Position numbers and translations under genes: made by a program
Notes under the pieces: model-generated
The model's database searches: none
The model's input: the letters and a program-made list of their open reading frames with translations, nothing else
What the model was told of the DNA's origin: nothing
Source of the DNA: Minisyncoccia bacterium
GTDB taxonomy: Bacteria; Patescibacteriota; Minisyncoccia; UBA6257; 2-01-FULL-56-20
Assembly: GCA_049997875.1 (NCBI GenBank)
Contig: JBEKRC010000002.1
Location: 2,755 to 66,754 of the forward strand
DNA length: 64,000 bases
Direction: 5' to 3'
Shown: positions 28,167 to 37,146 of the stretch, piece by piece
Numbering within the stretch: position 1 is the first letter of the stretch
How the letters are laid out: every line of letters begins with the position of its first letter

Positions 28167-30173
28167 CTATAAAACCCCTTTTGATTCCAATTCGCTTGTG
28201 TTGTAATGATACAGATACACGTCCGTTCCTGGAATTGAAAAGTTTTGAAAATTTTGCATAATAAATTCCAAAGTATTAGTTTGAATATCTCCAGCGGTAT
28301 AATTCTCCCAAGTGACCCAGCCGCTTTTTGTACTTTTTATTTCATTGAGAAATTGTTGTTCACCGGCTTCACTATAGTCTTTTTGTCCAAATCTGTAGAC
28401 CGTGACATTTGAACCTAAACCCCTAAGATAATAGTATCTTTCATATTGAATAAATAATACATCTTGCCGGGGATTAAAATCTGCAATCAAAATTGAATAA
28501 GCCCTTGCATAATTTGCATAATAATAAACTCCGTTACCGTAAATGACATTGAGATTGAGATAAAACGTACAAAGAGAAGCTGCTATTATTGCGCTGTAAA
28601 ATATATATCTTAAAGACTTTTGTTCAAAAAGTTGACAAAAATAATAACAGGAAATAGAAATTAATATTATGACTAGACTGACAAAAGGTGCTGTATAAGC
28701 TGCATTCGCGAATCGGTCAGTAAAAAATATAACGGAAATCAGTACGATAGAGGTAATAATGTAAAGAAATATAAAGAAATAATTTTTTATTTTGGAAAAT
28801 AACATTTCATATAGAAAATATAAAGAGGTAATTAAAAAACTCACAACACCAAGTGGATAAGTAAATAAGTAATTAAAGTAGGTATAATTATAAGGATAAT
28901 TCCTTACCCCAGTTATATTTAAAAAATCAAAAGCCTTATCTATGGATTTGATTTGAACAAATAATGCTGTAAAAGCTAATAATCCAAATCCTATTAAAAG
29001 TAGTAAATAAAAAAATAATTTTTTATTCTTCACAAATAGCAGATATAAACAATAAATTAATATGCCCGGAATATAAATTAAGGTTAAGTCGTGTAAGTTA
29101 AAGGAAACTAAAAATAAAAATATAGTACCAAAAATCAATAATATCAATTTTCTTTTAGATTCTATTCTTTTTTCCGAGAATATGGTCTGATTTATAAGAT
29201 AAAAAATTAAAAATAATGTCAATAAGATTATTGGAATAAGCAATGCATACATTCTTGTATATCTTTCATAGAAAATAATAGTAGGCGAAAAAATTGATAG
29301 AGTTAGCGCAAGAAAACTCGCTTGTCTACTTTTTTGGGAAAACTTTATAATCGGAAAAATAATTAAAGAAAATAATATCCCAAAAATGACCGAGACTAGC
29401 CTTGATGAAAATTCACTTACACCAAATAGTCTATAACTTATGCTCAGGAGCACAGTATGAACTTCTGCCCGAATATAATCGGCATATTGGTCTTGTTGTC
29501 CAAGAGGTGTATACTCGCTTGATTTATTTTGAAGCCAATCCCATTTATAAAAATTTCCAACTTGTTCAAAATTCCACCCGCTATCCATGGTTTGAAATTC
29601 ATCATTCATAAAATTATTTTTTCCAAGTTGAAAGAACAGCATACTACATCCCAGAATAATTATTAAAGATGAAATAAGAAGAGAATTCTTTTTATTCCAA
29701 AATTTCTTTGAGACTGTTTTTTCAGCCAATTCTTTTTTTTCTGGTTCATTTTTAGCTTTCAAAGCATCTAACTTCTCACGATTTAAAAAGATTGTTACCA
29801 ATCCAGTAGTAAAACTTGTAAGTATGAATATAGGTAAATTATTTTCTATGAATTCAGAATAGTTTATAGAAAATAAACTTAAGAAATGAAGTACAAAAAG
29901 AAAAATGATACTTATGAGGAATAAGTACTGTAAGAATTTACTCAAAAGGATTTTAGATCTTGAAAAAGGTTCTTTAAATAACCAATTTATTAGTCCTACA
30001 TAGGCACATATAAAAATAAAGATTTCTAATACATTTCGTTCAATGTTTCCTCCGATATAAAGATTGGTAAAGTAAACAAGTATACTAATCAGACATATCG
30101 ACAGGCAAAATGGAGTAAGAAATTCATTTCTTACTAAATCTAACCCGACATAAACCCTTTCTTTAATGGACAT
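28167..30173 (-). CDS. GT-C fold glycosyltransferase (PMT/ArnT-like)
   Basis: NDE motif after TM, LFGVSEFSSRLVSVIFG, YERYTRMYA; many TMs. Confidence 0.85.
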   Translation of the reverse strand: MSIKERVYVGLDLVRNEFLTPFCLSICLISILVYFTNLYIGGNIERNVLEIFIFICAYVGLINWLFKEPFSRSKILLSKFLQYLFLISIIFLFVLHFLSLFSINYSEFIENNLPIFILTSFTTGLVTIFLNREKLDALKAKNEPEKKELAEKTVSKKFWNKKNSLLISSLIIILGCSMLFFQLGKNNFMNDEFQTMDSGWNFEQVGNFYKWDWLQNKSSEYTPLGQQDQYADYIRAEVHTVLLSISYRLFGVSEFSSRLVSVIFGILFSLIIFPIIKFSQKSRQASFLALTLSIFSPTIIFYERYTRMYALLIPIILLTLFLIFYLINQTIFSEKRIESKRKLILLIFGTIFLFLVSFNLHDLTLIYIPGILIYCLYLLFVKNKKLFFYLLLLIGFGLLAFTALFVQIKSIDKAFDFLNITGVRNYPYNYTYFNYLFTYPLGVVSFLITSLYFLYEMLFSKIKNYFFIFLYIITSIVLISVIFFTDRFANAAYTAPFVSLVIILISISCYYFCQLFEQKSLRYIFYSAIIAASLCTFYLNLNVIYGNGVYYYANYARAYSILIADFNPRQDVLFIQYERYYYLRGLGSNVTVYRFGQKDYSEAGEQQFLNEIKSTKSGWVTWENYTAGDIQTNTLEFIMQNFQNFSIPGTDVYLYHYNTSELESKGVL

Positions 30174-31233
30174 TAATTTTAATTGAGGTCAGGGTGGTAG
30201 TTGCAAAACTTTCTAGGGGTATCTTTAACTTTGTTCCGCTAAATTTGAACGATACATTCGTAAGATTGGCTTGAGCGTCATTTTCAAAATCTACTTGTGA
30301 TGTACATCCCTCAAAATATGTCGCTACTCCATGTGTAGCTTTTCCAAAAGTAAGATTTTTATTTCCATAATCTATCCAAATAGTACTGGTACCTATGGAT
30401 GTTCGGCCCGCAAGATTACCATCTACATATAATTGTATATACCCACCAGTGGTTGAGGGTTCATATACTGCCAAAGCAGAATGTTCTGTATTGAAGAAAA
30501 TTGGGGTAACAGGGTAACTCACAGAATAGAATGAACCTTTTGAATTATCCATTCTTCCTACTTGGAAACTAACGCCGTCTTTATTCTGTAAGAGTTCCCA
30601 ATTATAGTGCCCGACTATTTCTTGGAAATTATCAATGTTGTCTTGTGGTCGCCACTCGGCATACACCGTGAACGGGCCATTATCGAACTTTTTCGAAGAA
30701 CTGGGGAGTTGAAGCTGGCTCGTGCCGTCGAAGACTTCGCAGTCGTCAAAATGGAATGCGTTGCCAGTTAAATCTGAAGGAGTTGAGGTTGCGAAGTCCC
30801 ACGCATAATCCCATCTAACACTCGTGGGGTCGAAGTTTATTTGTGGGGGGATTATTGAGATGCCTTGCCCGCCGCTCACGCTCACTGTGACATTAGCGTT
30901 TTTAAGCACCACATTGGGGTTAAAGACGGTATTGATGATTCCGCTAAACTCGCGATAGGTACTGCCGTCAGTCGCCGTCATCGAGCCCGAGAGGTTGCGG
31001 GAGGGCTCAAGGTAGAAGGCTTTACTGGCGTCTGTATCGCCCAGAGTGCCGACATTGATTGTATAGGTCGCTGAGTAGCCAAAAGGCAGAAAGTTGATAT
31101 AAAGCACATAAAGCAGGAAGGCGAGCGGGATGGCGTACGCGGCAAAAGTGAGCCAAAACTCTGGTGTGCGCCAGCGCCCCTCAATCCAGGTCCCAATTTG
31201 TCTTATCTTATACATGGCCTTATTTTTATACAT
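30163..31233 (-). CDS. Membrane-anchored LamG/concanavalin-like domain protein
   Basis: N-terminal TM; FDGTSQLQL, FTVYAEW, HSALAVY, IQLYVDG, LTFG, FEG. Confidence 0.75.
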   Translation of the reverse strand: MYKNKAMYKIRQIGTWIEGRWRTPEFWLTFAAYAIPLAFLLYVLYINFLPFGYSATYTINVGTLGDTDASKAFYLEPSRNLSGSMTATDGSTYREFSGIINTVFNPNVVLKNANVTVSVSGGQGISIIPPQINFDPTSVRWDYAWDFATSTPSDLTGNAFHFDDCEVFDGTSQLQLPSSSKKFDNGPFTVYAEWRPQDNIDNFQEIVGHYNWELLQNKDGVSFQVGRMDNSKGSFYSVSYPVTPIFFNTEHSALAVYEPSTTGGYIQLYVDGNLAGRTSIGTSTIWIDYGNKNLTFGKATHGVATYFEGCTSQVDFENDAQANLTNVSFKFSGTKLKIPLESFATTTLTSIKINVH

Positions 31234-31280
31234 AGCCCTATTTATAGGCGTACTATGCTAACAAATCAAGTGCCTGACGA

Positions 31281-32840
31281 TTAGAACCGGTAGACCCAAA
31301 TTTGCGAATAGGCGTTGGTATTTTCATAAAAAACTTCTTTGAGATCGGTTTTTATGAACTGGAGTATGTCTTGCGACATGCGTCCGTCGGCCGCCATATA
31401 ATCAAAAATGATAAATCCGTGGCGGGAAGCTGTGAGCGACTGGAGTCCTTGTAGATTTTTGATAACTTGAGCCCCGACATATGATTCCTTACTGTTTGAT
31501 ATTGAAGGCTGTCCGGGCAATCCAAGATAGTTGTATGCAATCCAGTATCCCGGCTCGTTCAAGAATATCTCATTAAACTGGGGCATGCTTGATATTACGA
31601 TATCGCCGTTTTGCACATGCGTTTCGATGTAGGCGTAGGTGCCGTTCCAGTCCGGTTGTGGCGTATAGGCATAATGAGGCCTGGGACCTAACGTAGAAGG
31701 ATTGTCTGATTCCAAGAAGTAATAAGATGTCGGATGCCAGACTCCGCCTCCTATAAAAAGAAAGACCGCAACGAACGCTGTCCACAAGGATATCTTCTGC
31801 CAGTCCCTTTTGAAGTAGCGAGCTGCTTGCGAGACCCCAACCGCTCCGAGAATAAGAAGCACCGGCGTTACAGCGAACAAATATCGATATTGGACGATAT
31901 CGGTAAAGAACGAGAGGGGGATAAGATAGGCGATAAACGCCGCAAGCAGGAACCAGATCTGCTTTCTGTAATGAGCCCCAGCATCAAATAGGGCGAATAC
32001 CGCAAACGGTACAAAAAGCCAGTAGGTACGCAGATAAAAGTTAAGGTAATAAGGAAGCTCGTAGCTCGGGCGGATGCCTTTTATCAATGAGACGAGGGCC
32101 GGAAACAACCCGGCAAACCAGAGAGCGAATCCTCCCAGCACAAGAGCCGCCGCCAGACCCATGAGACCCCACCGCAAAGATTTTTTGCGAATTATCCTAT
32201 CTAATGCGAACCATATAAAAAATAAAACCGGCAATACATATCCAAGGCCGCTTGCCAGGATAGCCAGAATAGTCGCCGCGGCGGCGGAAACGGCATACCA
32301 AAATCTGGGCCCTTTGCCGTAGAGCGCTTTGTAGAAGAGATAGAGCGAAAGCCAGAGGAATAATTCAAATAAGGTATACCAACGCGCCTGACGCGACCAT
32401 GCTATCTGCCAATAAGAGAACGCCGTCAGAAAGGAAGCTGCAATTCCAATGCCCGGAGAAAACAAGTCGGATACGATACGATAGACCGCTAAGATAAAAG
32501 CGATGCCCGCCAATACGGCCAGCAAGCGGTAGTCGAAAGCGTTGGCGCCGAATAAATGTGCGAGCCATGCATCGGGGTAGCAATATAACGGGCAGTAATA
32601 TAATTGACCCGAATTTAGGACGGTTGATCCGTGTTCAAGGACAGAAAGAACCGCGTTGACGGTATATCCCTCGTCCATCCAGTACGATTGTTTTGATAGA
32701 TTATAGAAACGCAACAGGACTCCGGCTGCCAAGATAAGGATAAGCAGGAGGCCGAAAAGCGCCGTTTTACCAGGTCTGAGGCGGGAGTTTGGCTCCGCCG
32801 GGGGGTCAGCCGGGGGGGGTATTGACTTCATATATACCAT
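31281..32840 (-). CDS. GT-C fold glycosyltransferase (PMT-2/GT39-like)
   Basis: LRFYNLSKQSYWMDE, LFGANAFDYRL, IAWSRQARWY, QYRY; many TMs; start 32840 or 32831. Confidence 0.87.
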   Translation of the reverse strand: MVYMKSIPPPADPPAEPNSRLRPGKTALFGLLLILILAAGVLLRFYNLSKQSYWMDEGYTVNAVLSVLEHGSTVLNSGQLYYCPLYCYPDAWLAHLFGANAFDYRLLAVLAGIAFILAVYRIVSDLFSPGIGIAASFLTAFSYWQIAWSRQARWYTLFELFLWLSLYLFYKALYGKGPRFWYAVSAAAATILAILASGLGYVLPVLFFIWFALDRIIRKKSLRWGLMGLAAALVLGGFALWFAGLFPALVSLIKGIRPSYELPYYLNFYLRTYWLFVPFAVFALFDAGAHYRKQIWFLLAAFIAYLIPLSFFTDIVQYRYLFAVTPVLLILGAVGVSQAARYFKRDWQKISLWTAFVAVFLFIGGGVWHPTSYYFLESDNPSTLGPRPHYAYTPQPDWNGTYAYIETHVQNGDIVISSMPQFNEIFLNEPGYWIAYNYLGLPGQPSISNSKESYVGAQVIKNLQGLQSLTASRHGFIIFDYMAADGRMSQDILQFIKTDLKEVFYENTNAYSQIWVYRF

Positions 32841-32907
32841 AATAGTACACTTACGGTAGGTTTCGGAATAGAAGATTAAAGGTCTAGTGCTTAAATATTA
32901 AAAAAAT

Positions 32908-33456
32908 ATGATTCATAAAAATTTAATCAAAACAGGGATTGTTCTCGCGGGGCTAACCGTTTTCTCGATAGTTGGCTTTGGTATCGCTTTCGGTTACGGC
33001 GGAGGCGGAATGACCGTAACTACTGGCGGTGGCGGGGGACCGGCTTACGTGCCGCCCGTTACTCCTACGGTTACCACTCCTGCGACTGGCGGCGGACAGG
33101 TTCTCGGCGCGGCGGCGTTTAACTTCACCATGACGCTTTCGCTCGGCTCGCGGAATGGCGACGTGACCGCATTGCAAACCCTGCTTACGGAACAAGGTTT
33201 CTACACCGGTCCCATCACCGGCTACTTCGGACCCTTGACGCAAGCGGCGGTCAAAGCGTTCCAGCAGAAGTATGGCATGTCTGCTACCGGCCTCGTCGGA
33301 TCGCTCACGAGGGCGCAGCTCAACGGCCTGAACGGCGGGCGAGTGCTCGGAGCAAGCACGACCGGGGCGGCAGCGCTACAAGCGCAAATAGCGGCACTGC
33401 AGGCGCAATTGGTCATTCTCTTGCAACAACTCGCGGCGATGCTCCAGGGCAGGTAA
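32908..33456 (+). CDS. Secreted peptidoglycan-binding domain protein
   Basis: Signal peptide; LSLGSRNGDVTALQTLL...TGYFGPLTQAAVKAFQ...TGLVGSLTRAQLN (PG_binding_1). Confidence 0.88.
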   Translation: MIHKNLIKTGIVLAGLTVFSIVGFGIAFGYGGGGMTVTTGGGGGPAYVPPVTPTVTTPATGGGQVLGAAAFNFTMTLSLGSRNGDVTALQTLLTEQGFYTGPITGYFGPLTQAAVKAFQQKYGMSATGLVGSLTRAQLNGLNGGRVLGASTTGAAALQAQIAALQAQLVILLQQLAAMLQGR

Positions 33457-33509
33457 CGCACTAAGTCCGTACGTTTTTCTTTGAGGCTGCGTTGCGCTAT
33501 AATCACGGT

Positions 33510-34877
33510 ATGGATGCCATGCAGGGCATTTTGAATGCGGTGAGCGAGGTGTTTTGGTATGCGTGGTGGCTATGGGTTCCCCTCTTGTTGTTCCCGCTCT
33601 TTGAGTCCACGTGGCTTTTCTGGCGGCAGCAGGTTTTCAAGCACGAACTGGAATTCGTGCATATGGAGATCCGCATTCCGCGCGAGGTCACGAAGAGCCC
33701 GAGGGCGATGGAGCAGGTGCTCATGACCGTTCACAACCTCCGCAATGCGCCGGCAGACCCGGAGGAAAAATGGTGGGACGGCGAGGTCACGCGCTGGTAC
33801 GCGCTGGAGATAGTAAGCTTCGGCGGAGAGATCCACCTGTACGTACGCGCGTGGAGAAAGCAGAAGGAGATCATCCAGGCGGCATTCTTTGCCAATTATC
33901 CCGACGTGGAGATCGTGGAAACGGATGATTATATTGACCGGCTGCCTGCGAGCGTGGGGGAAATGTATAAAAGCGGCTACGACCTTTGGGGGTCCGAATT
34001 CATCCTTGAGCGCGAACCCGCCTACCCTATTAGGAGCTATATGGATTTTGAATCGCCGGACGAGGAAAAGCAGTTTGATCCCATGTCCACCTTCCTTGAG
34101 GTTCTCGGCAAGGTGAAGCGCGAAGAGATGTTGTGCATTCAGTATCTCATCAGGCCGGCGAGCATGAAATGGAGAGATAAGTATCAGCCTTTGGTTGAGG
34201 CATTACGCACGAGGCACCAGAAGATTGGGGGGGCGGGAGGAGCGAAGCCCACCATCGGAATGGAATTTCCGCACATCCTTCCGACGTTCCCCGTGAAACA
34301 GAGCGGAGGAGACGAGGATGCGCTGCGCGTCATTGGGAGGGCGATCATGACGCGGACGCCGGGCGAAACCGACGTCTTGAAGGCCGTGGAAGAGAACCTT
34401 TCCCTCCCGCCGTTTGAGACCCTCATCCGATTCGTCTATCTCTCGCCAAAGGAACTGTATTTTGACACGCTCCCGCGGCGCGGATTGCGCGGCGCATTCA
34501 ACCAATATGCCGCCGCCGACCTTAACTGGTTTGAGCGGAACGAGCGAATCAGCACGAGGGTGAAGATATGGGATTTTCCATTCTTTTTTCCGCATGCGCG
34601 CCTTGATTGCAGAAAGAGCCGCGTGCTTGCGGACTATCGCGCGCGGGAAATCCCGCCGGAGACCTCAGTGGGAAAAATTATCCGCTCCAAATTTTTGCAT
34701 TGGGAGCATTCCCGCATGTTTCTCTTGAGCGTGCGATCGCTTGCGACGCTCTTCCATCCGCCGACCTACCAGGTGCTCACGGCGCCGCACATCAAGCGGG
34801 TGGAGAGCAGGAAGACAGGCGCGCCGGCGGGCCTTGCGATCTACGGCGGGGAAGAGGAAATGGAAAAGTTCAAATAA
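33510..34877 (+). CDS. Membrane-anchored hypothetical protein associated with VirD4/TraD-like ATPases
   Basis: N-terminal TM; EIRIPREVTKSPRAMEQV, LEIVSFGGEIHLYV, YPDVEI, YPIRSY, LATLFHPP; first gene of the ATPase operon. Confidence 0.8.
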   Translation: MDAMQGILNAVSEVFWYAWWLWVPLLLFPLFESTWLFWRQQVFKHELEFVHMEIRIPREVTKSPRAMEQVLMTVHNLRNAPADPEEKWWDGEVTRWYALEIVSFGGEIHLYVRAWRKQKEIIQAAFFANYPDVEIVETDDYIDRLPASVGEMYKSGYDLWGSEFILEREPAYPIRSYMDFESPDEEKQFDPMSTFLEVLGKVKREEMLCIQYLIRPASMKWRDKYQPLVEALRTRHQKIGGAGGAKPTIGMEFPHILPTFPVKQSGGDEDALRVIGRAIMTRTPGETDVLKAVEENLSLPPFETLIRFVYLSPKELYFDTLPRRGLRGAFNQYAAADLNWFERNERISTRVKIWDFPFFFPHARLDCRKSRVLADYRAREIPPETSVGKIIRSKFLHWEHSRMFLLSVRSLATLFHPPTYQVLTAPHIKRVESRKTGAPAGLAIYGGEEEMEKFK

Positions 34878-35452
34878 TGGAGATTATTACAATTATCAAG
34901 TGGATCTGCATTGTGATTGTGATACTGCTCGCCGTGGGCTTTGTCTTTGCGTTTTTTGTGGGCTGGTTCTACCACCCGTTCATGGCCGTGCTCGCCGTTG
35001 TCAAGTGGATTTGCATCGTGATTACGATACTGCTCGCCGGGGGCTTCGTCTTCGCGTTGTATAAGGGTTGGTCTTACCATCCACGTTATGAATTGGAAAA
35101 GCGGAAAGCGAAGAAAATATTCACCCTGCGTGATGCGGTGACGAAGGAACACTGGGAATCCATCGTGAGGAAATTCTCGCTGGGAACGCCGGAGGCCGCG
35201 CGGGCGGCCGTCATTGAGGCGGACGCGCTCGCGGATACGGTGCTCAAAAGCATGGAGATTCCGGGAACGCATCTTGCCGACCGGTTGTCCAACCTGGAGC
35301 CGGAGGAGGTTGCGTCGCTTGACCGGGTATGGCGGGCGCACCGCACGCGGAACGATCTCGTGCACACGCCGGGATTTGCACTGACCGCCAAGGAGGCGCA
35401 AAAGACGCTTGAGGACTACGAGGCTTTTCTCAAAGATCTGGGAGTGCTATAA
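34877..35452 (+). CDS. Membrane protein with duplicated TM segment and helical C-terminal domain
   Basis: TAATG coupling with upstream gene; AVIEADALAD...G.HLADRL...WRAHRTRNDLVH. Confidence 0.8.
   Translation: MEIITIIKWICIVIVILLAVGFVFAFFVGWFYHPFMAVLAVVKWICIVITILLAGGFVFALYKGWSYHPRYELEKRKAKKIFTLRDAVTKEHWESIVRKFSLGTPEAARAAVIEADALADTVLKSMEIPGTHLADRLSNLEPEEVASLDRVWRAHRTRNDLVHTPGFALTAKEAQKTLEDYEAFLKDLGVL
34896..35083 (+). repeat. Imperfect 105-bp tandem duplication (two copies)
   Basis: TCAAGTGGATCTGCATTGTGATT.. at 34896 and TCAAGTGGATTTGCATCGTGATT.. at 35001; encodes KWICIVI.ILLA.GFVFA...GW.YHP twice. Confidence 0.85.
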
Positions 35453-35459
35453 CGAAGCC

Positions 35460-36941
35460 ATGCCAAGAGCGGGGAAAATACAGATCATCAGGTACGCGCC
35501 GCCGCCGCCGGAGCTGCCGATTTACGGGCAGGTGGATCCGGCGGAGGTTTCTTTCTTTGGCCGCACGAACTACGTAGCGCAGCTTGAGGAGAAAAAGTTC
35601 GTTTTCGGCATCAAGCGGTACGACCGGCGCCGCCATCTTTACATTGTGGGAAAAAGCGGCGTGGGGAAATCAAAGTTGCTTGAACTTCTCATCCGCCAGG
35701 ACATTGCTTACGGCCACGGAATATGCCTCATGGATCCGCACGGCGACGTGATTGATGCGGTCATTGATTTTGTCCCGGAGAATCGGATTAACGACGTGGT
35801 GATCATAGATCCTACCGATTTAAGTTATCCGGCTTCGTTCAACCCCCTGCAGAACGTGGACCCCAGCTTCAAGCACCAGCTTGCGCAAGGGTTGATTGAG
35901 GTGATGGAGAAACAATTCGGCGCGAACTGGACGCCGCGCCTTGAGCACGTTTTCCGTTTCAGCGTGCTCGCGCTCCTTGATTACCCGCACGCCACGATGC
36001 GGGGGATGATCTCCATGCTCACGGACCGCAACTACCGCCAGAAGGTGGTGGAATATATTGAAGACGACATGGTGAAGCGCTTCTGGGCCATTGAGTTCGC
36101 CGACTGGTCGGAAAAATTTGATACGGACGCGATCATCCCGCTCGTGAACAAGCTCGGACAGTTCCTCTCCGACCCTTTGCTTCGGAACATTTTCGGCCAG
36201 AAGGAGAATAAGATAAATCTGGAGGAGTTGATGGAACAGAAAAAATTGATTTTCATCAATCTTTCCAAGGGCCGCCTCGGCGAGGAGAACTCAAGCTTTT
36301 TGGGCGCGATGTTCATCACGAAGATCAAACAGGCCGGCATGGCGCGCGCTTCCATACCCGAAAAGGACCGGCATGATTTTTATCTCTACGTGGATGAGTT
36401 TCACAATTTCGTTACGGAAACTTTTGAGAATATTCTTACCGAAGCGCGGAAGTACGCATTATGCCTTACGATCGCGCATCAGTACATGGGCCAGCTTATC
36501 CAGCGCGTGCAGGCGGCGGTCTTGGGCAACGTCGGAAGCCTCATCATCTTCCGCGTCGGCGGCGAGGATGCGGTTCACTTGAAGCCCGAGATGGCGCCGA
36601 TCTTTGACGTGAAAGACATGATCAACCTCGGCACGCAGGAGTTTTTCATCAAGATGACGATTGACGGCGAGAGCTACGATCCCTTTTCGGCGGAAACGCT
36701 CAAAGTGCTCCCTGCGCCCCACCGCTCGTTCCGGAAAGAAATCGTGGAACAGTCCCGGAAGAAGTACACCATCCCCGCCGACGCCGCAAAGAAGCTTATT
36801 CAGGAAGAGGAGGCCACGATCCTTCGGAGCGCACAGGAAAAAGCCATTATTGAAGGCAAGGCGAGAGGCGGCGGGGCGGCGGGCGCGGCGGGCGCGGCGA
36901 AAGAAGAGGCAGTAGACAAGACCCCCGAACCACTGATATAA
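35460..36941 (+). CDS. VirD4/TraD-like (HerA/FtsK superfamily) ATPase 1
   Basis: RRRHLYIVGKSGVGKS (Walker A), DPHGD, LYVDEFHNF (Walker B), EARKYALCLTIAHQY. Confidence 0.88.
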   Translation: MPRAGKIQIIRYAPPPPELPIYGQVDPAEVSFFGRTNYVAQLEEKKFVFGIKRYDRRRHLYIVGKSGVGKSKLLELLIRQDIAYGHGICLMDPHGDVIDAVIDFVPENRINDVVIIDPTDLSYPASFNPLQNVDPSFKHQLAQGLIEVMEKQFGANWTPRLEHVFRFSVLALLDYPHATMRGMISMLTDRNYRQKVVEYIEDDMVKRFWAIEFADWSEKFDTDAIIPLVNKLGQFLSDPLLRNIFGQKENKINLEELMEQKKLIFINLSKGRLGEENSSFLGAMFITKIKQAGMARASIPEKDRHDFYLYVDEFHNFVTETFENILTEARKYALCLTIAHQYMGQLIQRVQAAVLGNVGSLIIFRVGGEDAVHLKPEMAPIFDVKDMINLGTQEFFIKMTIDGESYDPFSAETLKVLPAPHRSFRKEIVEQSRKKYTIPADAAKKLIQEEEATILRSAQEKAIIEGKARGGGAAGAAGAAKEEAVDKTPEPLI

Positions 36942-36948
36942 TATAGGC

Positions 36949-37128
36949 ATGTTCGTGCACCCGGTCCTTTTTGTCGTCGGCATTCTATTCGTTATTTATC
37001 TCATCGCGGCCGATGTTCATATGCATCGGCGCATCAAACATTTGGAAAAGACCGTAAGGAAGCTTGAGGGCATGAACAGCGTGGAACGTCCAAAGCATCG
37101 CTGGGAGGGAAAGGAAGATCTTTCATAG
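36949..37128 (+). CDS. Small single-TM protein (59 aa), absent from the ORF track
   Basis: MFVHPVLFVVGILFVIYLIAADVHMHRRIKHLEKTVRKLEG...EDLS*; TATAAT 6 nt before ATG. Confidence 0.65.
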   Translation: MFVHPVLFVVGILFVIYLIAADVHMHRRIKHLEKTVRKLEGMNSVERPKHRWEGKEDLS

Positions 37129-37146
37129 CGCGCCCAACGCCGCCCA

